Assembly: GCA_963815115.1 (NCBI GenBank) | Contig: CAWFFN010000007.1 | Location: 864,001 to 928,000, forward strand | Length of the DNA: 64,000 nt | Direction of reading: 5' to 3' | DNA from: an uncultured delta proteobacterium | GTDB lineage: Bacteria; Desulfobacterota; Binatia; DP-6 | In this document: positions 53,188 through 62,510 of the stretch, piece after piece | Layout: each line of letters begins with the position of its first letter | Numbering within the stretch: position 1 is the stretch's first letter | Position numbers and translations under genes: made by a program | The notes under the pieces: generated by a model | Database searches by the model: none | What the model was told of the DNA's origin: nothing | Seen by the model: only the letters and a program-made list of their open reading frames with translations

Positions 53188-54090
53188 CTAGCGAGCACAC
53201 CGGAAGCCGCGACGGGGGGCCGAGAACGAGGGGTCGTTCCGGGCATCCACATCGAAGACTCCCGCATTCGTGCCGGCGCTGAAGCCGCCGCCGCGAGCCA
53301 GCGCGGCCGGTAACTGGTTGGCAGCACCGACGCCGTCCCCCCCGAAGCAGCTCCTGTCGTTACCAGGGATTCCAGTCTGGCTCGTCCAGTCGGTGCAGCC
53401 GACATTGGCACGGTCGGCCCAGTCCCCCACCCACTCCTCCACGTTCCCCACCATGTCGAACACGCCCCAGCTCGACTTGCAGGTCGCCCGCGAGCCCGTC
53501 TTCACCACGCCGGAGGAGATGGCGCAGTCCGTCGTCCCGTTGTCCGTTCCGGGGTCGGGCGTGCCCGCCGCCGCCCCCTGCCACTCGACGTTCGTCAGCA
53601 GGTGTTTGCCCGACAGCTGACACGCCTGGTTCGCCTGGAACCAGGTGATGCACGTACTGGGCTCCACCCCCGGGAGGGATAGGGCGTAGACACCCGGCGA
53701 CGGCGGGTTGGACTCCACGAAGCCGCCGCCTGGTTTGACCATCAGCACCGGCAACCAGTTGCCATCCGGCGGGAAGATCTGCGGGTAGGACGGCACACAC
53801 GACGACGCCGGGCTCAACAGAATCCCTTTGGGACTCGAAGGGTTGTTCACGGTCCCGAGCCCCCCCCTCAGGTCGGCGAGCGTCGCTTTGCCGGCCTGCA
53901 CCTTCGTCACGAGCGACGCATTCGCTATCGGGTCGATCTGCCACACGCTCGCCTCGTAGAGGTCGACGCAGACGGTACCGACCTTCACCGAGTCGGGCGG
54001 GCACTTGGACGCCCCCGCGCCGGCCGGCACCGCCGCCACGAGGCAGACGGCCGTGTAGCCAAGGACGGTGTACCTGCGAAATCCCTTCAT
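53188..54090 (-). CDS. Secreted FGE-sulfatase/CLec-fold protein, DGR-target-like, copy 1
   Basis: Same motifs; C-terminus RGGGFSAGTNAGVFDVDARNDPSFSAPRRGFRCAR has the layout of a CLec variable repeat. Confidence 0.9.
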   Translation of the reverse strand: MKGFRRYTVLGYTAVCLVAAVPAGAGASKCPPDSVKVGTVCVDLYEASVWQIDPIANASLVTKVQAGKATLADLRGGLGTVNNPSSPKGILLSPASSCVPSYPQIFPPDGNWLPVLMVKPGGGFVESNPPSPGVYALSLPGVEPSTCITWFQANQACQLSGKHLLTNVEWQGAAAGTPDPGTDNGTTDCAISSGVVKTGSRATCKSSWGVFDMVGNVEEWVGDWADRANVGCTDWTSQTGIPGNDRSCFGGDGVGAANQLPAALARGGGFSAGTNAGVFDVDARNDPSFSAPRRGFRCAR

Positions 54091-54502
54091 GGTCCTTCTC
54101 CCTCCCCGCGATCCGGCTTCCCGGAGTTGGGCCGCAGAGCGAGCGGCGTCCGTTGCACGGCACCTCGCGCGCTCTTCGCGAGGCGAGCGACGAGCATACT
54201 CCCGTCACTCACTACTGTCATGGTACTTGTGCAGTCTGGTACCGAACTCGTCCATGGCTCACCCGCCATGTTCCGCAGACACCGTCCGTCCGTGCAGGCC
54301 ACGTTTACGGGCGGTGCCCCATCTGGAGAGCGTTATCCTTGCCGGCTAGCCTGGCGGACGCTTCAGGCAGTCATGCAGATATCCACGAGAGGATGCCCGC
54401 CGTTCGCGCCACGGTATGCCCTCCTTCATGGCCAGAGATCAAAGACGCCATCGCCCCAGCAGCGCCCGACGATTCAGGTTGGACGTGTACGATAGCATCC
54501 AC

Positions 54503-54820
54503 ATGGCCCAGAGACGGACACGGATCCAGGTCGAGCAGCTGGTAGCCTTCCTCGACGTCAGTCAGGTAGCCCTGCTCTGCGACTTCGCTGGCGGGCGGCG
54601 CATCCCGAAGCGGGAGCAGTTCGAGGCGTGGAAGCGGCGAGTGCTCCTGCTCGGCGACTGGCTGCACCGAGGATACGGGGTCCGTGGGCTCGCTGCGAAG
54701 TACGGCCTGACGGAGAGCGCGGTGAAGCGGTTGCTGACGATTGCCCGGAGAAAGATACGGCTCGACAAGCTGCGAGCCGAGACCGAGGCGGGGATCGGGA
54801 CTCGTGGGGGCACGCGATGA
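54503..54820 (+). CDS. Small HTH (sigma-70 region 4-like) protein
   Basis: GYGVRGLAAKYGLTESAVKRLLTIARRKIR; TACGAT just upstream. Confidence 0.6.
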   Translation: MAQRRTRIQVEQLVAFLDVSQVALLCDFAGGRRIPKREQFEAWKRRVLLLGDWLHRGYGVRGLAAKYGLTESAVKRLLTIARRKIRLDKLRAETEAGIGTRGGTR

Positions 54821-55392
54821 CGATGGCCGAGGAGCTTGCCGCAAGGCGGCGGGCGCGTTGCTGGGCCCCGAACGCCACCTTCGCCGCTCGACTGGCTGGC
54901 TTTGAGCGAGACCTTCAGGCCGTACTGGACCGCGTCCCGAACCTCACGGGTCGGCCCCGCACCCCCGCCACCCTACGCCTGACCCTCGACGACCTGGCCG
55001 CTCTTCTGCCGCCAGCCGAGGCGCGGCTGTTGGAGCACCTCCGTGCTCGACGGCCGCTCAAGGCCCTCGATGGCACGCCAGGATTCAGGACGAGGAGTCG
55101 GCGCAATGAGCGGCTCCAGCGGCTCCTGTCGCGCGTGACGGCGTACTGCGGGTCGACGGTGCGGTACGACGTGATGCAGCCGTACGACCGTCCCGGGCAT
55201 CGGCACCGGTCCCGACGCGGGCCCCGGCGTCGGATTAGGTCCGCTCCACGGACTCGCCCTGTCTGCGTGTGGGTGCCAGGGTACTTCCTCGCCGCCAACC
55301 GCGACTGGCTGAAACCGACCAGGAGGGTCGGGCGGAGGAGGTGGCTCCCGCCCTATGCTGCGGTTCTGCCCCCCGCTGAACGGGCTGCATGA
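54817..55392 (+). CDS. Basic hypothetical protein
   Basis: ATGA overlap with the previous gene; no family recognised. Confidence 0.5.
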   Translation: MTMAEELAARRRARCWAPNATFAARLAGFERDLQAVLDRVPNLTGRPRTPATLRLTLDDLAALLPPAEARLLEHLRARRPLKALDGTPGFRTRSRRNERLQRLLSRVTAYCGSTVRYDVMQPYDRPGHRHRSRRGPRRRIRSAPRTRPVCVWVPGYFLAANRDWLKPTRRVGRRRWLPPYAAVLPPAERAA

Positions 55393-55862
55393 ACGCCGCC
55401 ATGCCGCAGGCGGACGTCAGCGTTGTGGCGTCGGTCGCCCGAAGCAGAAACGTCGCATCGGCGGGCGTTTTTCGCGAGCTGTAGGGTCGCCCGTTCCTCT
55501 GTTCGAGGGGGAGGGGCGGGTGTCCAGGGGTAGGACTCCCGGTCGTGGCGGGGGGCGGTCAGCTTCGACCGGCTGTCGCGGTGCGCGCCGGCCGAGTGAC
55601 ACGAGTGACGTGCTACTAGTAACACCATGATCTAGCTGATCGACTAGCGGAAGTGGCCTGGGGCCCGCCACTCGCGTCACTCCCCCAGCCAGCCAGCTTC
55701 ACGCGGTCGGACGCCCAGAACCCCCTCCACGCCCTCGCATCGCCCGAGATCGCCGCTGCTGCAGCCGGCACGCCCGCGATCGACCAATAACTCACGATGG
55801 AACTGTAGACTGCGTTCGCACGCTGCGGGATCAACCCGCTCTCGCGCAGAAAGGTCATCATC

Positions 55863-56066
55863 GTGAACGAACCCCGAACCCCCACGGGCACCCGGCGCGT
55901 GTCGGTGAAGGAGGCCGCCGACCTGCTCGGCGTCTCGCGCCACACGTTGCGCCGCTGGCTGGCGCTCCGCCTGATCCCGTACCACCACTGCGGCCGCAGG
56001 GTCGTTCTCGACCCCCGCGATCTGGAGCACTTCCTCCAGGCCAACCGCGTCGAGGCGATCCGATGA
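55863..56066 (+). CDS. Excisionase-like HTH_17 protein
   Basis: VSVKEAADLLGVSRHTLRRW…IPYHHCGRRVVL…DLEHFL. Confidence 0.85.
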   Translation: MNEPRTPTGTRRVSVKEAADLLGVSRHTLRRWLALRLIPYHHCGRRVVLDPRDLEHFLQANRVEAIR

Positions 56067-58279
56067 CGCCGACCCAGAACACGTCTGTCGTCGAAGCGGC
56101 CTTGAACTTCAAGGCACGGGGCTAGAGCCCTGTCCCGCTGCCCATCGGCGAGAAGAAGCCCATCGGCTCCGCCTGGCAGAAGCAGCGCCTCACCGCAGAG
56201 CAGCTCCCGTCGTACTTCAACAACGGCACCCACAACGTCGGCGTACTGCTCGGCGAGCCCTCGAACAACCTGGTGGACATCGACCTCGACGTTTTCGAAG
56301 CCGTCCACCTGGCCGACGCCTTCCTTCCTGCGACCAGCTTCGTCTTCGGCCGGAAGAGCAACCCCCGGTCGCACCGGTTCTACCGGACGACGGCCCCCTG
56401 GAAGTCGCGGCAGTTCAAGGCCCCCGACGGCACGATGCTTGTCGAGTTGCGCTCGACCGGGATGCAGACCGTCGTGCCGCCGAGCATCCACCCGAGCGGC
56501 GAGCGCATCGAATTCGAACGGGACGGCGAGCCCGCCGAGGTCATGGGCGAGGACCTGGAACGGTCCGTATCGCGGGTGGCCGCCGCCAGCCTGATCGCGA
56601 GGCAATGGCCGAAGCAAGGGAGCCGGCACCAGGCCGCTCTCGCACTGGCTGGGGGACTGCTGCGTGCCGGGTGGACCGTCGAGGAGACGGTGGCCTTCGT
56701 GCGCGCCGTCGTCCAAGCAGCGGGAGACGAAGAGGTCGAGGATCGCGTCGAGGCGGTGATCTCGACGAGCACCCGCCTCGAAGAGGGCGGAGATGCTACC
56801 GGTTGGCCCCAGCTCGTCGAGCTGATCGGCACCCGCGTCGTGGACTGCGTCGCGAAGTGGTTGGGCATTCGACCGCGCACCCAGGCTTCATCACAGGTTA
56901 CGGGGGCCGACGGCGGCCAAGAAGGCGAGGCCCGAAGCGACTACGGCAACGCCCAACGGCTCGTCAGGCGGCACGGAGAGGATCTCCGCTACTGCCACGG
57001 GCGCGGGTGGTTCGTCTGGAACGGGAAGCGGTGGGTCGTGGATGACAGCGGCGAAGTCGTGCGGCGCGCCAAGGATACCGTCAAGGCGATGGTTGTCGAG
57101 GCTGCCGACCTCGGTGACGACGAGCGCATCCGGCTCCAGGAAGCACGCACTGGCATCCGAGGCCGCCGCCCGGATCAAGGCGATGATCTCGCTGGCCGAG
57201 TCGGAGGCGGCCGTGTCCGTGATCCCGGCCCAATTCGACGCCGATCCCTTCCTGTTCAACGCGATGAACGGCTCCATTGACCTCCGAGACAGGCGAACTG
57301 CGTCCACACCGCCGCGAGGACCTCGTCACGAAGCTCGCCCCCGTTGAGTACGACCCGGACGCGACGTGCCCCGAGTGGGAGTCGTTCCTCGTGACCGCCA
57401 CTGGAGGCGACCAGGAACTCATGGCGTACCTTCAGCGCGGCGTCGGCTACTGCCTGACCGGCGACACGTCGTGAGGAGAAGTTCTTCTTCGTCCACGGGC
57501 CCGGAGCGACCGGGAAAACGACTCTCGCCGAGGCCGTGAAGGCGATGATGGGCGACTACGCGATGACAGCAGACTTCGAGGCGTTTCTCGCCCGCCCCAA
57601 CCCGAGTGGTGCCCGCAACGACATCGCCCGGCTCCAGGGTGCACGTCTGGTCACGGCCGCCGAGGTGGAGGATGGCAGGGAACTCTCGCACAGCCTCATC
57701 AAGCAGATGACGGGGCGCGACAAGGTGACCGCACGGTATCTCTACCGCGAGCACTTCGAATTCGTGCCGCAGTGCAAGATCCTCCTCGTCGCGAACCACG
57801 CGCCCCGCGTCCAGGCCAGCGACGCTGCGATGTGGCGGCGCATCGCGCGCGTCCCGTTCCTGCAGGTCCTGGCCCCGACCGAACGGGATCCCCACCTGAA
57901 GGAGGTGCTGTGCGATCCGGCGCGCGGCGGCCCTGCCGTGCTGGCGTGGGCCGTGAAGGGGTGCATCGCCTGGCAGGCGACCGGCCTCACGAGCTGCGCC
58001 GCCGTAGACGAGGCGACGGCCGGCTATCGCGCCGAGATGGATACGGTCCAGCGGTTCATCGACGACTGCTGCGTTGTCGAGCCGAGGGCGAGGGTCCCCT
58101 TCGGCGCGCTGTACCTGCGCTACACGCGGTGGTGCGACGACGAGGGAGTGGCTCCCCTCGGCAAGGGCAAGTTCGCCGCCGACCTTGAAACTCGCGGGTT
58201 CGAGTCGGCGGTGGGAACAGGCGGTGTGAAGTATCGGCGGGGCATCGGCCTTCGCGCAGCTCAGTCGGAGGTTGCGTAG
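56063..58279 (+). pseudogene. Prim-Pol plus P4/D5-family primase-helicase, disrupted (TAG at 56123; frameshifts near 57135, 57285, 57471)
   Basis: NVGVLLG…VDIDLD, TVVPPSIHPSG; DYGNAQRL, WFVWNGKRW; GPGATGKTT, IARLQGARL, KQMTGRDKVTAR, AMWRR spread over several frames. Confidence 0.88.
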
Positions 58280-58594
58280 TGACGCTGACCAAGGACCAGA
58301 CGCTGCCGAGCGGCCACTACCGACACGACGACCTGCACACCGGCCGAGAGTCATGCGCGGCCGGCGAGGCCGTGCCCAGAGAGACGCATCGACCCGACTC
58401 TCGCAACCTCCGCCGTGCTCCCTGCTCCATCTGCGGGCACGAGAACTCACCGGATGCCCGGCCGGCGTCTGCCAGGTCTGCGACGCGCCCCGGCATCGGC
58501 ACGGCTACGACACCTGGGACGAGTACCAGTTGGACTTGGAACCAAGGGATCGGGGATCGTCGCAGCCGCCCACCGGAGCGGGCGCTCGGACAAC

Positions 58595-59077
58595 ATGACA
58601 AATCCCCCCGCCCAGATATCGAGCCCGCAATCCGACTGTGCAGCCTCCGAAGGCCGCCAGCCCGACATCGTGCTCGCCGCCGAGAGCTTCCCGATCGAGG
58701 GCACGGAGGTCTTGCATGCCGTCAGCCGGGAAAACGAGAGCGCCGACCATGGGACCCGTCCCACGCGACGGAGAACCTGTCGTGGCCGCACCTCGAAGAC
58801 AAAGAACGCCAAGAGAAGGGCCGCTTGCGGGGCCAGCACCCATCAAGGCCGTCAACGCGACGCCGTCGATGACGGCACACCTGGTGGAACGCTCGACCCG
58901 CTACTCGATGTGTACCAGGTGGCCGCACTCCTCGGCGTACAGCCCACGACTGTCTATCAGTGGGCGTACCAGCGACGGATCGCCAAGGTGAAGATCGGGG
59001 CGCTGCTCCGCTTCCGCCAGAGCACCATCCGCCGTCTCATCGACGACGGCGAACGACCGGCCCTCAAGCCGGCTTGA
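58595..59077 (+). CDS. Protein with C-terminal excisionase-like HTH_17 domain (true start may be further downstream)
   Basis: LLDVYQVAALLGVQPTTVYQW…IAKVKIGALLRFRQSTI. Confidence 0.75.
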   Translation: MTNPPAQISSPQSDCAASEGRQPDIVLAAESFPIEGTEVLHAVSRENESADHGTRPTRRRTCRGRTSKTKNAKRRAACGASTHQGRQRDAVDDGTPGGTLDPLLDVYQVAALLGVQPTTVYQWAYQRRIAKVKIGALLRFRQSTIRRLIDDGERPALKPA

Positions 59078-59103
59078 CCGGCTGATAACGTAATGGTTAT
59101 CAT
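59074..59103 (+). promoter_or_regulatory. Sigma-70-like promoter (TTGACC-18-TATCAT) overlapped by palindrome TGATAAC-N6-GTTATCA
   Basis: Directly upstream of the XRE gene ATG 59115. Confidence 0.6.
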
Positions 59104-59307
59104 CCGAGCAAGCGATGAACTCGATCAAGGAGGTGCGAAGACGGCTCGGCCTGAGCCTGGCGGACGTGGCGGCGCGGTGCGGTCTTCACCGGGAAGCGGT
59201 CGCCAGAGCAGAGCGAGAGGGAACAGATGTTCGAGCCTCGACACTCCTCGCCATTGCGAAGGCGCTAGCGGCGCGTGTCAATGAGATGAGAGAGGGGCAT
59301 GGTGAAA

Positions 59308-60508
59308 TTACTGTCCCGCCGCGACGTCGAGCTCCGCGAGCAGGAGGTCGTCCGCAGCCACGAGCATCGAGACTGGGGGGGTACCTGGACCTTGGACCGG
59401 CTCCGTTGCGGGCGTCTGCGGGGCTCTGAGCGCGACGTTTCTTCGCGATCGCGGGCTCGGAACGCCATTGCGGTCGAGGGCCGGCGGATTGATCCACACT
59501 TCCGTCGGGGGCTGTTGCACCCGCGGTGTCTTCCCCTTGAAGCGTTCGGGATGAGCCGCGAATGCCGCCGCGAGCGTTTCCCCCCGTCGTGCCACGATCG
59601 CCAGGGCCGTCCCGCTGTGCACGCTCACCGGCGTCAGGAACCCGATCCCGCTGTGCCGATGCTCTTCGTTGTACCAGGGGAAGAATCGCCGCAGGAATCC
59701 CAGGGCGTCCTGCTGCGACCCGAATCGCTCGGGAAACTCCGGACGCGACTTCAACGTGCGAAACTGCGACTCCGAAAACGGATTGTCGTTGCTGGTGTAC
59801 GGTCGCGTCAGGCTCCGCGTGATCGACAGGTCGGCCAACAGCTGGCCCACCGTCTTCGACGTCATCGCCGGCCCGCGGTCGGAGTGCAGCGTCAGGACCG
59901 CCTCCGCGATCCCCTCCTTCTCGCAGCTCTCCTTGATCAAGCGGCGCGCCAACGTCGCCGACTCTCGATCCGCCAAGAGCCACCCCACCACGTAGCGGCT
60001 GAAGATGTCGAGCAGCACGTAGAGGTAGAAGTACGTCCACTTCGCCGGCCCCTTGAGCTTCGTGATGTCCCACGACCACACCTGGTTCGGTCCCGTCGCC
60101 AGGAGCTCGGGCCGCGTCGCCACCGGGTGGCGCAGCTGGTTGCGCCGCTCGCGGACTTCCCCGTGCCGATCGAGAATCCGGTACATCGTCCGCAGCGAGC
60201 AGTGGTAGGTTCCCTCCTCGAGCAACGTCGCGTACACCTCCGCCGGAGCCTGGTCGATGAACCGTTCCGAATGCAGCACGTCGAGAACGGCAGCCTCCTC
60301 GACCTCGGACAATGCCAGCGGCGGCCGCGATCGAACCGCCGTCTCCGAACATGGTCGCCGCCACCGGTAAAAACTTGCCGGGGCCACGCCCAACGCCCCA
60401 CAGGCGGCCTGGACCCCCACGGCGTCGGCCAACGTCTGCGCCGTCGCCATCAGCTCCCGACCTCCTCGTCGCTCGGCGGCAGCCCCAGCAACTGTGAGAC
60501 TTTTTTTT
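59308..60508 (-). CDS. IS3-family transposase OrfB (DDE/rve)
   Basis: PNQVWSWDIT, LDIFSRYVVGW, LHSDRG, NDNPFSESQFRTLK, WYNEEHRHS. Confidence 0.93.
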
Positions 60509-60929
60509 GAACGTCGATGATCACGTGCGCCTTGCGCAGCTCCTCCCGCAGCCGCGCGTTCTCCCGCTCCATCCCGGCGAGTCGCTTCGCCAACGGATGC
60601 GCCACCGCCTTGCGCCCGCGCGCGTGCCCCGCCAGCCCGACCAACGCCCCCGCCTCGCGCTGCTGACGCCACACGCTCAGATGCGACGTGTAGAGCCCCT
60701 CGCGTCGCAGCAGCGCCCCGATCTCCCCCGGCTCGCGACACCCGTCGGCCTCGGCCAGGAGCTGTCGCTTGTACTCGGCCGTGAACCGGCGCCGCTGCGC
60801 CTTCGCCGGAACCTCCGGATCCTTGCGGCCCGTCGGCGCCGGCGCGCCCGCAACTTCAGTCGCCCTACGGGCTCCTTCCGTTCCGGGCGCGCTTCCTGAT
60901 CCCCCGCCATCCCTCACCTTCACTCCCAC
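60450..60929 (-). CDS. IS3-family transposase OrfA
   Basis: RRRFTAEYK…LLRREGLYTSHL..WR…ERENARLR…DVQKKV. Confidence 0.9.
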   Translation of the reverse strand: MGVKVRDGGGSGSAPGTEGARRATEVAGAPAPTGRKDPEVPAKAQRRRFTAEYKRQLLAEADGCREPGEIGALLRREGLYTSHLSVWRQQREAGALVGLAGHARGRKAVAHPLAKRLAGMERENARLREELRKAHVIIDVQKKVSQLLGLPPSDEEVGS

Positions 60930-61046
60930 CTCGCTCGCCTTCCTCCGTCCCCTCGTACACTAAATTCGGATCGCCTCCTCTCTCACGTTCATTGGCACAG
61001 GGGGTAGGCGTGCCCGTGTGCGAATTGTACGGAGAAGCGGGACGAC

Positions 61047-62252
61047 ATGAGCGACGAGAAGCGAAGCGATCGCACCGCTAAGCGGGAGCGGGGCATCTAC
61101 GAGCGCGAGCCGGGTTCGGGCGTTTGGTCGATCCGCTACGCCGACGAGAACGGCACCATCCACCGGGAGGTGGTCGGTCCGAAGGGCCTGGCCCGGAAGG
61201 TCTACCAGAAGCGCAAGAACGAGGTGCACGAGCGTCGCTTCTTCCCCGAGCGCATCGGCCGTCGCGACGTCCTCTTCGCCGTGATGGTCGATGACTACCT
61301 CAGCCGCGTGAAAGGCCGCCTACGCTGCTACCGGGAGTACGAGCGGTACGGCCGCTACTGGAAGGCCGCCCTACCCGGCCGCAGCCTGCGACAGATCCTC
61401 CCCGGCGACATCGAGCGATATGTCGCTCAGCGCGCCCGCGACGTCGCCCCCGCCACTGTCAACCGAGAGCTGCAGTTCCTGAAGCACCTCTTCAACGTCG
61501 CCATCGCCGACGGTAAGGCAGAAACGAACCCCGTCAAGGCCGTCAAGCTCTTCAGGGAGAACAACCAGCGGGTGCGCTTCCTCACAGACGACGAGGAGAG
61601 CGCCCTCCGTCAAGCCATCGGTGAGGTCGAGTGGCCGATGGTGGCCTTGGCCATCCATACCGGCCTGCGCCAAGCCGAGCAGTTCAAACTCCGCTGGGAT
61701 CATGTGGACTTCAAAACCGGCATCATCACGATCCCTCGTTCGAAACATGGCGAGGCAAGGCGCGTTCCCATGAACGACACGGTCCGGGATATCCTCCGAT
61801 CCCGCCAGAGCCGCCTGAAGAGTCCCTATGTGTTCCCCAGCGCCACTGGCGAGACACCCCTCGACGCACGCAACTACATGAACCGAGTCTTCAACAAGGC
61901 GCTGAAGCGCGCGAAGGTCGAGAACTTCACCTGGCACTGCCTGCGGCACACCTTCGCAAGCCGCCTGGTCATGAAGGGCGTCGATCTCCGCACGGTGCAG
62001 GAGCTGACGGGCCACAAGACGATGACCATGACGCTCCGTTACTCGCACCTGTCGCCCGGGCACCAGCTCGACGCCGTCCAGCGCCTGAACGCAGCACCAA
62101 CTGACACCAGAACTGACACCGACGTGCAGCCCATGCAGGCGGTCGGCGGACCGAAGGCAGAAATCGTAGACGGGCCGTGGATTTCCGAGCGCGCCCGGCC
62201 CGATTCGAACGGGCGACCTGCAGGTTCGAAGCCTGACGCTCTATCCAGCTGA
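61047..62252 (+). CDS. int: Tyrosine recombinase/integrase
   Basis: HTGLR, SKHG, HCLRHTFAS, GHK…RYSH catalytic residues; reads into the antisense strand of the tRNA. Confidence 0.95.
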   Translation: MSDEKRSDRTAKRERGIYEREPGSGVWSIRYADENGTIHREVVGPKGLARKVYQKRKNEVHERRFFPERIGRRDVLFAVMVDDYLSRVKGRLRCYREYERYGRYWKAALPGRSLRQILPGDIERYVAQRARDVAPATVNRELQFLKHLFNVAIADGKAETNPVKAVKLFRENNQRVRFLTDDEESALRQAIGEVEWPMVALAIHTGLRQAEQFKLRWDHVDFKTGIITIPRSKHGEARRVPMNDTVRDILRSRQSRLKSPYVFPSATGETPLDARNYMNRVFNKALKRAKVENFTWHCLRHTFASRLVMKGVDLRTVQELTGHKTMTMTLRYSHLSPGHQLDAVQRLNAAPTDTRTDTDVQPMQAVGGPKAEIVDGPWISERARPDSNGRPAGSKPDALSS

Positions 62253-62263
62253 GCTACGGGCGC
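62190..62263 (-). tRNA. tRNA-Arg, anticodon TCG (CCA not encoded)
   Basis: GCGCCCG TA GCTC AGCTGGATA GAGC G TCAGG CTTCGAA CCTGC AGGTC GCCCG TTCGAAT CGGGC CGGGCGC G folds as a cloverleaf. Confidence 0.93.
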
Positions 62264-62510
62264 AGTGAAGCCGGACGCGGACTTAGCTCGACGCGCCGTC
62301 GCTCGCAACTGCCGCTGTGCAGGAAGCCCTCACCCCCCGCCATCGGCTGCGTCCAGCCATGAGATGGTCGCCGTCTTCCATGCTTCCAAGGTCGATCCAC
62401 CCCTCCGTGGCCTTCGGACCGCGGTCGTCCGGATGGCGTCAACCTGGAGGGGAAGCATGAAGGAACACGCAACCCCCGGCCCTTCGCCTTACCGGGATTC
62501 CCTTCGTGCT

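Larger units (their letters stand above)
59269..61004 (-). mobile_element. IS3-family insertion sequence with 3-bp TAG target duplication
   Basis: Imperfect inverted repeats (GTGTCAATGAGATGAGAGAGG and CCTCTCTCACGTTCATTGGCAC); TAG at 59266-59268 and 61005-61007; orfA/orfB with an A8G slippery run at 60500-60508. Confidence 0.9.
59115..61081 (+). pseudogene. XRE-family HTH regulator split by an IS (59115-59268 plus 61008-61081)
   Basis: Removing the IS and one TAG restores …STLLAIAKAL|GVPVCELYGEAGRHE…, about 75 aa, overlapping the integrase start. Confidence 0.85.
50564..62233. mobile_element. Integrative satellite-like element (about 11.6 kb) inserted in tRNA-Arg(TCG)
   Basis: 51-bp direct repeat (50564-50614 and 62183-62233, 3 mismatches) covering the tRNA 3' half; tyrosine integrase, HTH genes and Prim-Pol/P4-type primase; no capsid, tail or conjugation genes. 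Confidence 0.9.

Noticed and set aside
54091-54500. Possible template repeat or fourth motif copy upstream of the target genes
   Set aside because: No similarity to the variable 3' ends and no GGTAGC-N5-GCTACC match.
58279-58872. 197-aa ORF after the primase
   Set aside because: Low-complexity translation, overlaps the HTH_17 ORF and has no recognisable domain; a short real gene here cannot be excluded.
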